A stretch of 64,000 nucleotides of DNA from Candidatus Bipolaricaulota bacterium. GTDB taxonomy: Bacteria > Patescibacteriota > Patescibacteriia > UBA11705 > DATKZF01. The stretch spans positions 69,751-133,750 of the forward strand of contig DATKZF010000002.1 of NCBI GenBank assembly GCA_035528115.1, given 5' to 3'. The notes beneath the pieces are model-generated. The model was not told where the DNA came from. It ran no database searches and saw nothing but the letters and a program-made list of their open reading frames with translations. Each line of letters starts with the position of its first letter. Positions within the stretch are counted from its first letter, which is position 1. A program made the position numbers and the translations under genes. Below, piece by piece: positions 30,172 to 39,751 of this stretch.

Positions 30172-31464
30172 TCAAAATCTCTTACTCTTTGGTTTAATCG
30201 ACTGCACGCCAGTGTATGCATGCAGGACATCGGGAATGAGCACTGACCCGTCAGCCTGCTGGTTATTCTCAAGAATGGCAAGAACCACGCGAGTAATTGC
30301 GACCGCCGTTCCGTTGAGTGTGTGTACGAATTCATTTTTGCCAGTTGCGCTATTCCTGAACTTGATGTTCAGTCGACGCGCCTGGAAATCCGTACAGTTT
30401 GATGCGGAGGTTATTTCGCCATACCCGCCTCCCTCGCCGATGCAGGGCATCCACGCTTCGATATCATACTTCCGGTAAGCAGGGGTTCCCAGCTCCCCCA
30501 TACACATAAGCAACACGCGGTAGGGAATCTTCAGATCCTGGCAAAACTCTTCCTCTATCGAAAGTATCTCTTCATGAGCGGCTGCACTCTTCGAGGGATG
30601 CACAAATTGATAGAGCTCCACCTTGCTGAACTGATGCACGCGGTAAAGCCCCCTGCTCTCGCGTCCTCCGCTGCCAGCTTCGGTCCTGAAGCAATGGCTA
30701 ACACCCGCGACCTTGATTGGCAGATCTTCTTCCGAAATCACGGCATCCGCCATGTAACCACCAATGGTGATTTCGGAAGTCCCGATGAGACTCATTCCCC
30801 CTTCAGTCAATGAATAGATCTGACTCTCTGGTCCCCGAGGAGAGAACCCTGAAGCGGTGATAATCTCGTCTCGAACAAGTTCTGGCGTCGTCATTGGAAC
30901 GAAGTCATACTTGAGCGCAAGCTCAAGCGCGTAACGGATGAGCCCCAACTCCAAGAGCACTGCCTCGTTCTTAAAAAAGTAGAACTTGGAGCCAGCGACT
31001 TTCCCCGCAGCCTCAAAGTCCAGGATATCCAGACTCCTGCCGAGTTCGATATGATCGAGCGGCCTGAAGCCGAATTTAGTAGTCTCTCCGACGAATCTGA
31101 TAGCGACGTTGCCTTTCTCGTCCTTACCTTGCGGCACATCCGAAGCAGCAAGGTTCGGGATTTTCCTTGCCTCCCCAAGATACTCCTTCTCGACAACCGC
31201 GATTTCCTGCTTGAGGGAAGCTATGGTTTTCTTGAGATTAGCAACCTCCAACTTGAGCCTTTCTTGAGTTGCACCATCGGCACTCTTGAACTGCCCGGAG
31301 ATCTGATTAGATCGGTGCAAAGCCTCTTCGAGACTCCGCCTCTTCTGTTTTGTTTGCTCGTAGAGAGCAACAACCTGGTCGACGTCAGCCTTGGCATAAC
31401 GCTCCTGCGTATTCTGCCTCACCAAATCGATGTTTCTGAGAATGAATCTAATGTCCAACATCAT
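30172..31464 (-). CDS. serS: serine--tRNA ligase
   Basis: GTSE, CFRTEAG, GLYRVHQFSKVE, SNCTDFQARRL, HTLNGT. Confidence 0.96.
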   Translation of the reverse strand: MMLDIRFILRNIDLVRQNTQERYAKADVDQVVALYEQTKQKRRSLEEALHRSNQISGQFKSADGATQERLKLEVANLKKTIASLKQEIAVVEKEYLGEARKIPNLAASDVPQGKDEKGNVAIRFVGETTKFGFRPLDHIELGRSLDILDFEAAGKVAGSKFYFFKNEAVLLELGLIRYALELALKYDFVPMTTPELVRDEIITASGFSPRGPESQIYSLTEGGMSLIGTSEITIGGYMADAVISEEDLPIKVAGVSHCFRTEAGSGGRESRGLYRVHQFSKVELYQFVHPSKSAAAHEEILSIEEEFCQDLKIPYRVLLMCMGELGTPAYRKYDIEAWMPCIGEGGGYGEITSASNCTDFQARRLNIKFRNSATGKNEFVHTLNGTAVAITRVVLAILENNQQADGSVLIPDVLHAYTGVQSIKPKSKRF

Positions 31465-31678
31465 CTATCTCCTTGGTATCGTTGGTGCCCGGAACGGACA
31501 TCTGACGAAAATATATATTAATAGTAATTAACTGTTTTGTCAACAAATTTCTATTTCATAATTGTAATCATAATATAAAACAGAGCTGCGGTTGACGATA
31601 ATTTATAAATATTATACGTTGCATTACACCATCATAGTTAGTACATTAACAAAAATCCACCATTGGGAGATAGACCAA

Positions 31679-32938
31679 ATGGATAAGGAAAACGTACATA
31701 TTTTCTCGGCAGGAACACCCTGTATCGATGATGCGGAATTTGAAGTAGTAGAACGTAAAGGAATCGGCCATCCAGACACGCTCTGCGACACAATCGCTGA
31801 AAAGGTATCTCAAGCGTATGCTCAGTATTCTCTGGAACGCTATGGCATCATCTTGCGGCACATGGTTGATAAAATCGCACTGTCAGGAGGGGCTGCGAAG
31901 GTCAAATTCGGCGGCGGTGAAATGAATGAGCCAATCAGGCTTTATCTAAATTGTCGCTTCACCAGGAGATACCAAGAAGAAACAATCCCGTATCTGGAGA
32001 TTGTCAAAAGCACAGTATACAACCATCTCAAAGCTGTGCTTCCATTACTGGATCTTGATCGGTGGCTCATGATTGTTGACAATACTCACTTTTCTCCAGG
32101 TCCTGGCGTTGTCTACGAAGCTGACGGATCAACGCAAAACGAACGTCAGTTTTTCTTCGAGATCCCGCAGAAAGAATTTGCCATATTTCACGACAACAGC
32201 CTTCGTGCCAACGACACATCCACGGCTGTCGCATATAGCCCTCTTAGCACTACGGAAAAGATAGTAATATTAATCGAAACAACATTAAATGGATCGGAAT
32301 TCAAAAAACGACATCCCTATGTGGGTACAGACATTAAAGTCATGGCTAGACGCATAAAAAAACGCATAGCCATTACGGTTTGCATTCCTTTTGTTGCTAT
32401 CTACACGCCAACCAAAGAATTCTATACCGAAAAACTCAGATTACTGCAAGATGTGATCAGACAACTGGTAATCTCAAGTTTCGGGCAGTTAGATGTTACT
32501 GTCTCGCTCAACACGAGGGATAATCCGAGCAAATCAGATTATTACCTCACCCTAACAGGGAGCGCAATCGAAAGCGGTGACGAAGGAGTGGTTGGGCGAG
32601 GAAACCGGTACAATGGGGTCATTCCCTTTACCAGGCACATGAGCATGGAGGCTTGCTGTGGCAAAAACCCTGTCTACCACGTAGGCAAGGTGTACACGGC
32701 AATCTGCTCCCTTATCTCCGAGGAAATCTTCAAGCTCATAGGGATTGAGGTGTACGTCTACCTCACTTCACAAATGGGTAGAAGTCTATCAGATCCATGG
32801 TTGGCCTGTGTTGAGGTCTGCGGTGGAAACGTAACTTCTGTTCAACGCCAAATGATTGAAGCAATCATCGAGAGCAACCTCGCCAGTGCCAACGAAGTTA
32901 CTAAAAAGATCGTTAACGGAGAACTCAATTTATACTGA
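31679..32938 (+). CDS. mat: archaeal-type S-adenosylmethionine synthetase
   Basis: EVVERKGIGHPDTLCD, ANDTS, GDEGVVGRGNR.NG, GKNPVYHVGK. Confidence 0.92.
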   Translation: MDKENVHIFSAGTPCIDDAEFEVVERKGIGHPDTLCDTIAEKVSQAYAQYSLERYGIILRHMVDKIALSGGAAKVKFGGGEMNEPIRLYLNCRFTRRYQEETIPYLEIVKSTVYNHLKAVLPLLDLDRWLMIVDNTHFSPGPGVVYEADGSTQNERQFFFEIPQKEFAIFHDNSLRANDTSTAVAYSPLSTTEKIVILIETTLNGSEFKKRHPYVGTDIKVMARRIKKRIAITVCIPFVAIYTPTKEFYTEKLRLLQDVIRQLVISSFGQLDVTVSLNTRDNPSKSDYYLTLTGSAIESGDEGVVGRGNRYNGVIPFTRHMSMEACCGKNPVYHVGKVYTAICSLISEEIFKLIGIEVYVYLTSQMGRSLSDPWLACVEVCGGNVTSVQRQMIEAIIESNLASANEVTKKIVNGELNLY

Positions 32939-32980
32939 AAATTGCAACTTTCGCGCCTGTGTCACAGATACGGGCTCTTT

Positions 32981-33676
32981 TTATAGATTAAATAATCCTC
33001 CTGAACTAATATCTGTCTTTACCCCAGTGGCAGAATATATCGTACAGAATCGCTCTCCAATACATGATGCGACATTATTTTCTATAATCATACCTGCTCC
33101 TTCAGACAAACATACAATAGGCAAATTGTTATTCATTGCCCATGATTTAAAACGATTGTTCTGATTATTCTTAAAATGACATGCGACAGAAAAATCATGT
33201 AAAAGGTTTAATCCTGCATTATCTTGTAATCCTATCTTATTTTTGTCATCTTGAGTATCAATTCTTTTCCCCAAAATAATTGCTCCTGCACTTCCTCCAT
33301 ATACTTGCCCTCCTGATTTATAGTATTTAATCAATGCGTCAGCAAAACCTGAGTTTTTGAGTTCATCCATTAAATCCCACGTATTACCTCCGCCTATATA
33401 AATGCCGTTAAAATTTATTAAATAATTAAATTTATATTTAGAAGGATCATCAATTACCTCAAACTGAATATCATCTCTCTCATGAAGTTTAATAACGCTA
33501 TTCATCCACAAGCGCACTGTGAGATAAATCTTAGAATCACGAAGAGCAATTGGCACATATAAAAAACGCCCATTTACAGGCAATGTGCTAAAAAAAAATT
33601 TGTCAAGGAGGAATGATTGTTTCTCATTGCCACCCCCCGACAAATATATTCGGTTTTTCTCCTTTATTTTTTGCAT
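32981..33676 (-). CDS. peptidase E (S51) family protein
   Basis: LSGGG, YIGGGNT, GGSAGA nucleophile, CHF. Confidence 0.85.
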   Translation of the reverse strand: MQKIKEKNRIYLSGGGNEKQSFLLDKFFFSTLPVNGRFLYVPIALRDSKIYLTVRLWMNSVIKLHERDDIQFEVIDDPSKYKFNYLINFNGIYIGGGNTWDLMDELKNSGFADALIKYYKSGGQVYGGSAGAIILGKRIDTQDDKNKIGLQDNAGLNLLHDFSVACHFKNNQNNRFKSWAMNNNLPIVCLSEGAGMIIENNVASCIGERFCTIYSATGVKTDISSGGLFNL

Positions 33677-34851
33677 GTTTGTATCGCTCTACGTAGCTCG
33701 CAAATGTTGATTTTATGAGCATACACCAAGCGATTAAAATAGTCTTCCGTCGTTTCGTCGCGAGGTTGCGGCAGATTTAGCTTCTTGCAAACCCTCAGGT
33801 TAATGAACCTTTCAATTTCCAGCCGTGCCAACTGAACGGCGGATTCTCTAGAAACGAACGGGGTAAGGAACTGACCCCAGTAATCGAAATAGTACAACAG
33901 GATACGGAATAGATTCTTGTCAAAATACTTCTCACTGAGCATTTTGGCGATACGTCTGAACTGAAGACCAGGCCCCTTGTTTGTCGCTTGTACCCCACAC
34001 AATACGATGAGTGACAACGTTCGGTACAAGTCGAACATTTCCCTTGCCCCATCTGATGTCCCAGGAATCAACAAATCGAAGTAAGAATCGGTCTTATTTA
34101 TTGCCCAGGCAATTCTCTCAAGACCAAACCCAACATCGCTAATGGGAATCGACGCTCGATTTGCTTGAGGTATCTGCATGTAAGCAGCGTCCCCAAGCTC
34201 AAGTCCTCCATAAGAGAAAAAAAGCTCCAGCGCGGAAAACTGGCCCGTTCCCCAATCATTGGCAGATGTTCTCATGACAACGATGAAATCATTCATGTGA
34301 AGGCCAAGCCTTGATAGCATCGTGCACCAGCAATCTACTATCTGCAAATGCTCGTCAAGGGTGGCTCCCATCTTCTCGGTACACACATTTACAAAAGAAG
34401 TGGAAGTCCCGTTTTGTGACTCGACATATGGCTGAAATTGCATGCGTACACAGGGCTGGGAGACGAATAGCTTACATTCCCGTGTCTGCTGACCTTTATG
34501 TATGACGTCGTCAAACATCTGCACACCAGCCACCACAAGGTCGGTTTGCCCCTCTAAATTTGCTATCTTTAGAGGAGGAGACAGTTTGAAGCCGGACGAA
34601 ACAAAGTACTCTCTCATCATTGCATTGATTTTTGCAGGGGGCAGCATTTTCTTTCGCTTTGAGAAATTAAGAAAAGCTAATACCCTCTTATCGCACTGAT
34701 GCCAACCGCAGCTTGAGGTCTCTATCTTGGCTAAACGCTTAAAGAAAAAAGTCCTCCCACAACCTTCGCAAGCACGGACTTGCCACCCTCTTTTCACCAT
34801 GAATTCGCTTACGACACCAGCAAGATCACAGGTCTTCATCTTTTCAGACAT
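33664..34851 (-). CDS. stand-alone alanyl-tRNA synthetase catalytic-core paralog
   Basis: N-terminal CEGC..C...C, SQPCVR, GLELG, DVGFGLERIAW, GVQATNKGPG..FRR; no editing or C-Ala domain. Confidence 0.8.
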   Translation of the reverse strand: MSEKMKTCDLAGVVSEFMVKRGWQVRACEGCGRTFFFKRLAKIETSSCGWHQCDKRVLAFLNFSKRKKMLPPAKINAMMREYFVSSGFKLSPPLKIANLEGQTDLVVAGVQMFDDVIHKGQQTRECKLFVSQPCVRMQFQPYVESQNGTSTSFVNVCTEKMGATLDEHLQIVDCWCTMLSRLGLHMNDFIVVMRTSANDWGTGQFSALELFFSYGGLELGDAAYMQIPQANRASIPISDVGFGLERIAWAINKTDSYFDLLIPGTSDGAREMFDLYRTLSLIVLCGVQATNKGPGLQFRRIAKMLSEKYFDKNLFRILLYYFDYWGQFLTPFVSRESAVQLARLEIERFINLRVCKKLNLPQPRDETTEDYFNRLVYAHKINICELRRAIQTCKK

Positions 34852-35027
34852 GGATAAATCTCCAGTTATAATTTTAATGTACTACCAATATAATTTAACG
34901 ACAATTAGCGATTTTGTCAAACGCCACTTTTCCACTTTGCCTTCAGCGATTAATTTGCTAAAATTATACTGCCGATAAAACAGAAAGCCGCCCTTTCTGT
35001 TTCTCTATCTATTCACCATAAAAACAT

Positions 35028-35858
35028 ATGACTCAATTCGACCGACTCTATCGCGACGGGATTTTAAAAATAATGAACGAAGGCTTTGAAGAGTACAACG
35101 AGCGCACCGGACACAGCTGCAAAATCATTCCGGGCCTGACTTTTGAACTCGACAACGGCTTCCCTCTTTTGACTTTAAGAAAAATTCCCATCAAAATTTT
35201 CGTGGCCGAACAAATCTGGTTTATCATGGGCTCGAAAAACCCGGACGACTACGTCAATAAATTCACTCAAATCTGGAAAGACTTCACCGAAGAAGACGGC
35301 ACTATTCCGGCCGCTTACGGCTATCGCTGGCGAAAAGCTTTCGGCAGGGATCAATTGAAATTGTTGATTGAACATTTGGCCGGCCAGCCGGGCTCTCGGC
35401 ACGGCGTGATCATCACTTGGGATCCGCGAGAAGACGGCCTGGGCAATCCGGAAAGTAAAAAAAACGTGCCCTGTCCCTACACTTTCACGGTCAACATCAT
35501 CGGCAATAAATTGCATATCCACAGCGTGGTCAGATCAAACGACATGATGCTGGGCTGTCCGCATGACGTGGCCGGCTTTGGAGTTTTGCAAGCCATTTTG
35601 GCGGCCAAGCTGGGCGTCAAACCCGGCAAACTCACCCACACCATCAGCAACGCGCACATTTACGACACGCATTATCGGCAAGCCTGGGAATTGGTCGAGA
35701 GAGAAAACAACCATCCCAATATCTATCTAGAGGCTCAACCCGATTATTTCGATCGCGCGGAAAAAGGAGACGAATCCTTGGTGGCTGAAATCGCGGGCAA
35801 ATTGGAAGCGCAATATAATCCGCTGGGACCGATTAAAGGAATGAAAATTGTTTTATAA
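35028..35858 (+). CDS. thyA: thymidylate synthase
   Basis: YGYRWR, PC catalytic motif, RSND...G.P.D, AHIYD.H. Confidence 0.95.
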   Translation: MTQFDRLYRDGILKIMNEGFEEYNERTGHSCKIIPGLTFELDNGFPLLTLRKIPIKIFVAEQIWFIMGSKNPDDYVNKFTQIWKDFTEEDGTIPAAYGYRWRKAFGRDQLKLLIEHLAGQPGSRHGVIITWDPREDGLGNPESKKNVPCPYTFTVNIIGNKLHIHSVVRSNDMMLGCPHDVAGFGVLQAILAAKLGVKPGKLTHTISNAHIYDTHYRQAWELVERENNHPNIYLEAQPDYFDRAEKGDESLVAEIAGKLEAQYNPLGPIKGMKIVL

Positions 35859-35886
35859 AGAAAATAGTCGGCATGGCATAAAGTTG

Positions 35887-36064
35887 TGTTACGAATTACA
35901 AGAAACTAATAAGCTTACAGGTTATCTGTTACGAATTACAAGATTCTGTTTAGCTTTTAGGTGATTTGTTACGAATTACAATATTCTTAGGCATAAAGCT
36001 ATAGGTTCATGTACTTCGTAACAATACAAACTAAGAGCTATTTAGTGAATGTAATTCGTAACAA
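35887..36064 (-). repeat. three 40-bp repeat units (reverse orientation) plus opposed partial copies
   Basis: TGTTACGAATTACAA at 35887, 35927, 35967. Confidence 0.9.
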
Positions 36065-36079
36065 ATCCTCATTGAATAT

Positions 36080-36595
36080 ATGAACATAACACTAATGATG
36101 GCCATCACGGCTGATGGAAAAATCGCCAAAGACGAATCGCATTTGGCTGACTGGACGTCCGTCGAAGACAAAAAACTTTTCGTTGAAAAAACCAAAGAGG
36201 CCGGCGTAATTATCATGGGCCGAAAAACTTTTGAAACCATTGGCAAACCTCTGCCGGGCAGATTGAATTTGGTCATTACTTCTCAAGCCAAGGAAAAACA
36301 AGGCCAAGCCATTCCCGGCTCACTGGAATTCACGGATCTATCGCCCAAAGAAATAATCGAAGAATTGAAAAACAAAGGATTTAAAAATGCGATTCTCGGC
36401 GGCGGCGCGGCGATCAATTCCCTTTTCCTTGAACAAAACCTGATTGATGAAATAATGTTGACGGTCGAGCCGAAAATTTTCGGTAGCGGACTGAATCTAT
36501 TCAACAACGTAAAAACCGATTTGAATTTGCGGCTTTTGGAAATAAAAAAAATAAACGAAAACGCGGTGAATTTGCATTATCAAGTCATAAAATAA
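36080..36595 (+). CDS. folA: dihydrofolate reductase
   Basis: IIMGRKTFETIGKPLPGRLN, GG; next to thyA. Confidence 0.9.
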   Translation: MNITLMMAITADGKIAKDESHLADWTSVEDKKLFVEKTKEAGVIIMGRKTFETIGKPLPGRLNLVITSQAKEKQGQAIPGSLEFTDLSPKEIIEELKNKGFKNAILGGGAAINSLFLEQNLIDEIMLTVEPKIFGSGLNLFNNVKTDLNLRLLEIKKINENAVNLHYQVIK

Positions 36596-36602
36596 TAACA
36601 AT

Positions 36603-37259
36603 ATGCTGCTCGACAAAAAAACATTGCTCGATTTGCTCAAAGAAAACAAAATTACCTTCGAACCGAACCTCGATGGTTTTCAGATTCAACCCAATTCAAT
36701 CGATCTTCGGCTCGGCCATTCGTTTTACATTCCGGTTTCTTGGAAATTAAATGAACAAGGCCGGGTGGCCATGTCAGCCGATTACCTTGATTACCACGCG
36801 CCGCAGGATAAACTGCAATTGATCAAATTAAAACCCGGACAATATTTCGAAATTTTACCGCATGAATTCATCATGATTTCCACTTTGGAAAAAATCAGTT
36901 TGAATAACGACAATATCGTGGGCAACCTGCAGCCTCGAAGCACGGCCCTAAGACGCGGTTTGCAAATCACGGGCGGCGCGGTCGATGTTCATTACAGCGG
37001 ACATTTGATCATTCCCATGGTCAATAACACCAACCACATTTTAAGGCTTTATCCGGGCGAGCGCATTTGCCAATTGCAGTTTTTCGAATTAAAGTCGCCG
37101 CTCAGCGTCGAAGAAGCCAAAAAGCACGGTCTGCAAGACGCCAAATACAATGAAGCCACTCCTTACGGTCTGGAAGCCAAGTCCGACAGCCAGGAAGAAA
37201 TCGACTTGATCAAGGCGGGCAAAATCGACGAGCTGAAAAGCAAATATCAAAATCTATGA
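36603..37259 (+). CDS. dcd: dCTP deaminase
   Basis: IQPNSIDLRL, RST..R.G, LYPGERICQL. Confidence 0.9.
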   Translation: MLLDKKTLLDLLKENKITFEPNLDGFQIQPNSIDLRLGHSFYIPVSWKLNEQGRVAMSADYLDYHAPQDKLQLIKLKPGQYFEILPHEFIMISTLEKISLNNDNIVGNLQPRSTALRRGLQITGGAVDVHYSGHLIIPMVNNTNHILRLYPGERICQLQFFELKSPLSVEEAKKHGLQDAKYNEATPYGLEAKSDSQEEIDLIKAGKIDELKSKYQNL

Positions 37260-37738
37260 GCGATTCAATAGTTTATCCTTATCTGCCCGAAGGCAAGAAA
37301 ATCCTTTATGTTCCCGAGAACAATATTTTTATTCGCGCGGCTCAAGAAATTCGAGACAATGATTCCACTGACTTGATGAATCCCACCGGCGCCGTCATTG
37401 TCAAAAATGAAACCGTAATTTATCGCTCGGCGAATAAAGCCAAGCTTGAAAACCCGACTTTGCTTAAACTTCATTCAAAATACTGCGTGAGAAGAATTTT
37501 AAGAATTCCCAGCGGCAAAGGCTATTTTCTCTGCCCTGGCTGCGCCGACCACAAACAGCACGCGGAATTCCGCGCTGTATCGCAAGCGATTAAAGAAGGG
37601 CTGGACGTTCTCGACGCGGATCTATATTTGTATGGGCATTGGTGGTGTTGCGAGTCTTGCTGGAATAAAATGATTGAGCACGGCATTAAAGACGTATATC
37701 TTTTGGAAAACGCTCACGCGATTTTCGCCAGAAAATAA
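37256..37738 (+). CDS. dCMP/cytidine deaminase-like protein
   Basis: HAE and CxxC (WCCESC) zinc motifs. Confidence 0.8.
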   Translation: MSDSIVYPYLPEGKKILYVPENNIFIRAAQEIRDNDSTDLMNPTGAVIVKNETVIYRSANKAKLENPTLLKLHSKYCVRRILRIPSGKGYFLCPGCADHKQHAEFRAVSQAIKEGLDVLDADLYLYGHWWCCESCWNKMIEHGIKDVYLLENAHAIFARK

Positions 37739-37754
37739 TAATCAATATCATCTT

Positions 37755-38324
37755 ATGAACAAAATAATTTTCGGTTTTGTCGGCGAAATCGCCAGCGGCA
37801 AAGGCACGGCTTGCGATTATTTGATCAATAAATACGCGGCCGGTTATCATCGCTACTCCACTATTTTAAGAGACATAACGGATCGTTTGTATTTGGAACA
37901 AAGCCGCGAAAACCTGCAGGACCTGTCAACCATTTTAAGAAACCGCTTCGGACAGGATTTGTTCGCTCAGGTCATGGCCAAAGAAGTCGAGGACGATCCG
38001 GCGGAAATAATCTGCGTGGACGGCATCAGGCGGCCCGATGACATTATTCATTTGAAACAATTGCCCGGGTTTATTCTGGTCAGTATCGTTGCGGACATGA
38101 AAACGCGCCATAAAAGAATCGTGGAACGCGCGGAAAACACGGATGACCAAATCAAAACATTTGAAGAATTCAAAAAAGACCATGAGAACGAAAATGAGAA
38201 AAGCATTCGCGTTGTCGCGCAAGACGCCAAAGAAAAAATAGACAACAACGGCTCTCATGACAAACTGTTCGAGCAAATCGACAGCTTGGTGGAAAAATAT
38301 GAAGATAAAAATAAGCAGAATTGA
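37755..38324 (+). CDS. P-loop nucleotide kinase
   Basis: GEIASGKGT, DGIR, IDNNG. Confidence 0.8.
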   Translation: MNKIIFGFVGEIASGKGTACDYLINKYAAGYHRYSTILRDITDRLYLEQSRENLQDLSTILRNRFGQDLFAQVMAKEVEDDPAEIICVDGIRRPDDIIHLKQLPGFILVSIVADMKTRHKRIVERAENTDDQIKTFEEFKKDHENENEKSIRVVAQDAKEKIDNNGSHDKLFEQIDSLVEKYEDKNKQN

Positions 38325-38733
38325 TAAAACCCTGCCATTGCCGAAATATCAAACGGCCGGTTCGGTCGCTTTTGATTTGTATTCTCGAATCGACAAGGAA
38401 ATTCCCGCGCGATCAATCGACAAAGTGCCGAGCAATCTGATTATCGAAGTGCCGGCTGGATTTGCCTTAATCATTGCCAATCGATCAAGTCTGACCGCTA
38501 AAAAAGGCCTGACCATGTCAAACAACATCGGCATCATCGATCAAGATTTTTGCGGATCTGAAGATGAAATAAATTTAAGTCTTTATAACATTACAGACGA
38601 GCCGGTAAAAATCAAACGCGGCGAACGGCTCTGCCAAGCGCTCTTGGCGCCCGTTGAAAAAGTCGACTTCGAAGAAGTCGAAAAAATTTCCGACAAATCG
38701 CGAGGCGGCTTCGGATCTACAGGCGATTCATGA
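38299..38733 (+). CDS. dut: dUTPase
   Basis: FDL, RSS, GIIDQD, GERLCQ, RGGFGSTG. Confidence 0.95.
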   Translation: MKIKISRIDKTLPLPKYQTAGSVAFDLYSRIDKEIPARSIDKVPSNLIIEVPAGFALIIANRSSLTAKKGLTMSNNIGIIDQDFCGSEDEINLSLYNITDEPVKIKRGERLCQALLAPVEKVDFEEVEKISDKSRGGFGSTGDS

Positions 38734-38737
38734 AACA

Positions 38738-38914
38738 TTGTTACGAATTACAATATTCTATTTGGCTTTTAAACGGTTGTTAAAAAGTACATTCACTTAT
38801 AGCTTTATTCCTAAAAATATTGTAATTCGTAACAGATAACCTAAAAGCTAAATAGAATATTGTAATTCGTAACAAATAACATAGAAGCTAAATGGAATCT
38901 TGTAATTCGTAACA
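38738..38914. repeat. three 40-bp repeat units plus one inverted unit
   Basis: TTGTAATTCGTAACA at 38820, 38860, 38900; inverted copy near 38739. Confidence 0.9.
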
Positions 38915-38998
38915 CCCCCTAATTTAATATTTAAAATTAAAAAAGAGCCAAGTCTGACCTGGCTCTTTTGGGCCTAACGTCGTTATCGCGACGGATCT

Positions 38999-39421
38999 CT
39001 AGCCGATCGCCGAAATCGGCTCGCGGTCGTCGCAGATGGCCTCGACCGCGCGGGAGATTGCCCACGCCCACAACGCGGCATAGGCAGGCAGGATAAGGTG
39101 CCGGAAACCCTGGCGATCGCGAATCGGCTGCGGCTCATCCAGATTGTGATTGACAGAAACCACCAACAGCGGGATCTCCTGCCTGATCGCCGCCTGGTGA
39201 ATCTCCAAGACGAGCGGCGTGAGCATTCGATGCTCCCGCCCCCATTCCGCGAGGATGACGAGATCGACTCCCGGAGGCAAATTGATGCCTCCATTGTCGA
39301 GCTGAGCTCGCAGCTCCCGCTCGTCAATGTAGTCGAAATCTTCCTTCAGACACTCTCGACACCATGCTTGCGCGCTTCCGGCCGCGGCCCGATTGTATCC
39401 AATCACCAACACATTCGGCAT
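38999..39421 (-). CDS. high-GC hypothetical protein, receiver-like fold
   Basis: VLVIG...DLVILAE...PLLVVS strand pattern; own promoter, SD-like GAGGG, TAG stop. Confidence 0.65.
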   Translation of the reverse strand: MPNVLVIGYNRAAAGSAQAWCRECLKEDFDYIDERELRAQLDNGGINLPPGVDLVILAEWGREHRMLTPLVLEIHQAAIRQEIPLLVVSVNHNLDEPQPIRDRQGFRHLILPAYAALWAWAISRAVEAICDDREPISAIG

Positions 39422-39751
39422 TGTCCACCCCCCTCAGTCATCAATAGTTGCGGTGTTCACCCGTTTTCTCGGGCAATATTATATGTTTACTACGAAAAGA
39501 TGATTTTGTCAATAACATGAACGGTTAACTAATTAAAGTAGTTAGAGTAGTTTAAACGATTAATGATTATTTATACCAATTCAATTTATAATAAACATAA
39601 CACCAAGCCAAACTTATCAGCTGCTGTAATTTGTAACGTATTTGTAATTATTGGTAATAAATCAATAAAACCTAAATATAACTTATCTTTTTGAATGCAA
39701 TTATTTGTAATTTATGATAAAATAAGCTAAACGCATATCTAACATAAAAAT

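Noticed and set aside
30061-34920. Flanking direct repeats for the serS-mat island
   Set aside because: None found by eye at either edge; boundaries rest on composition only.
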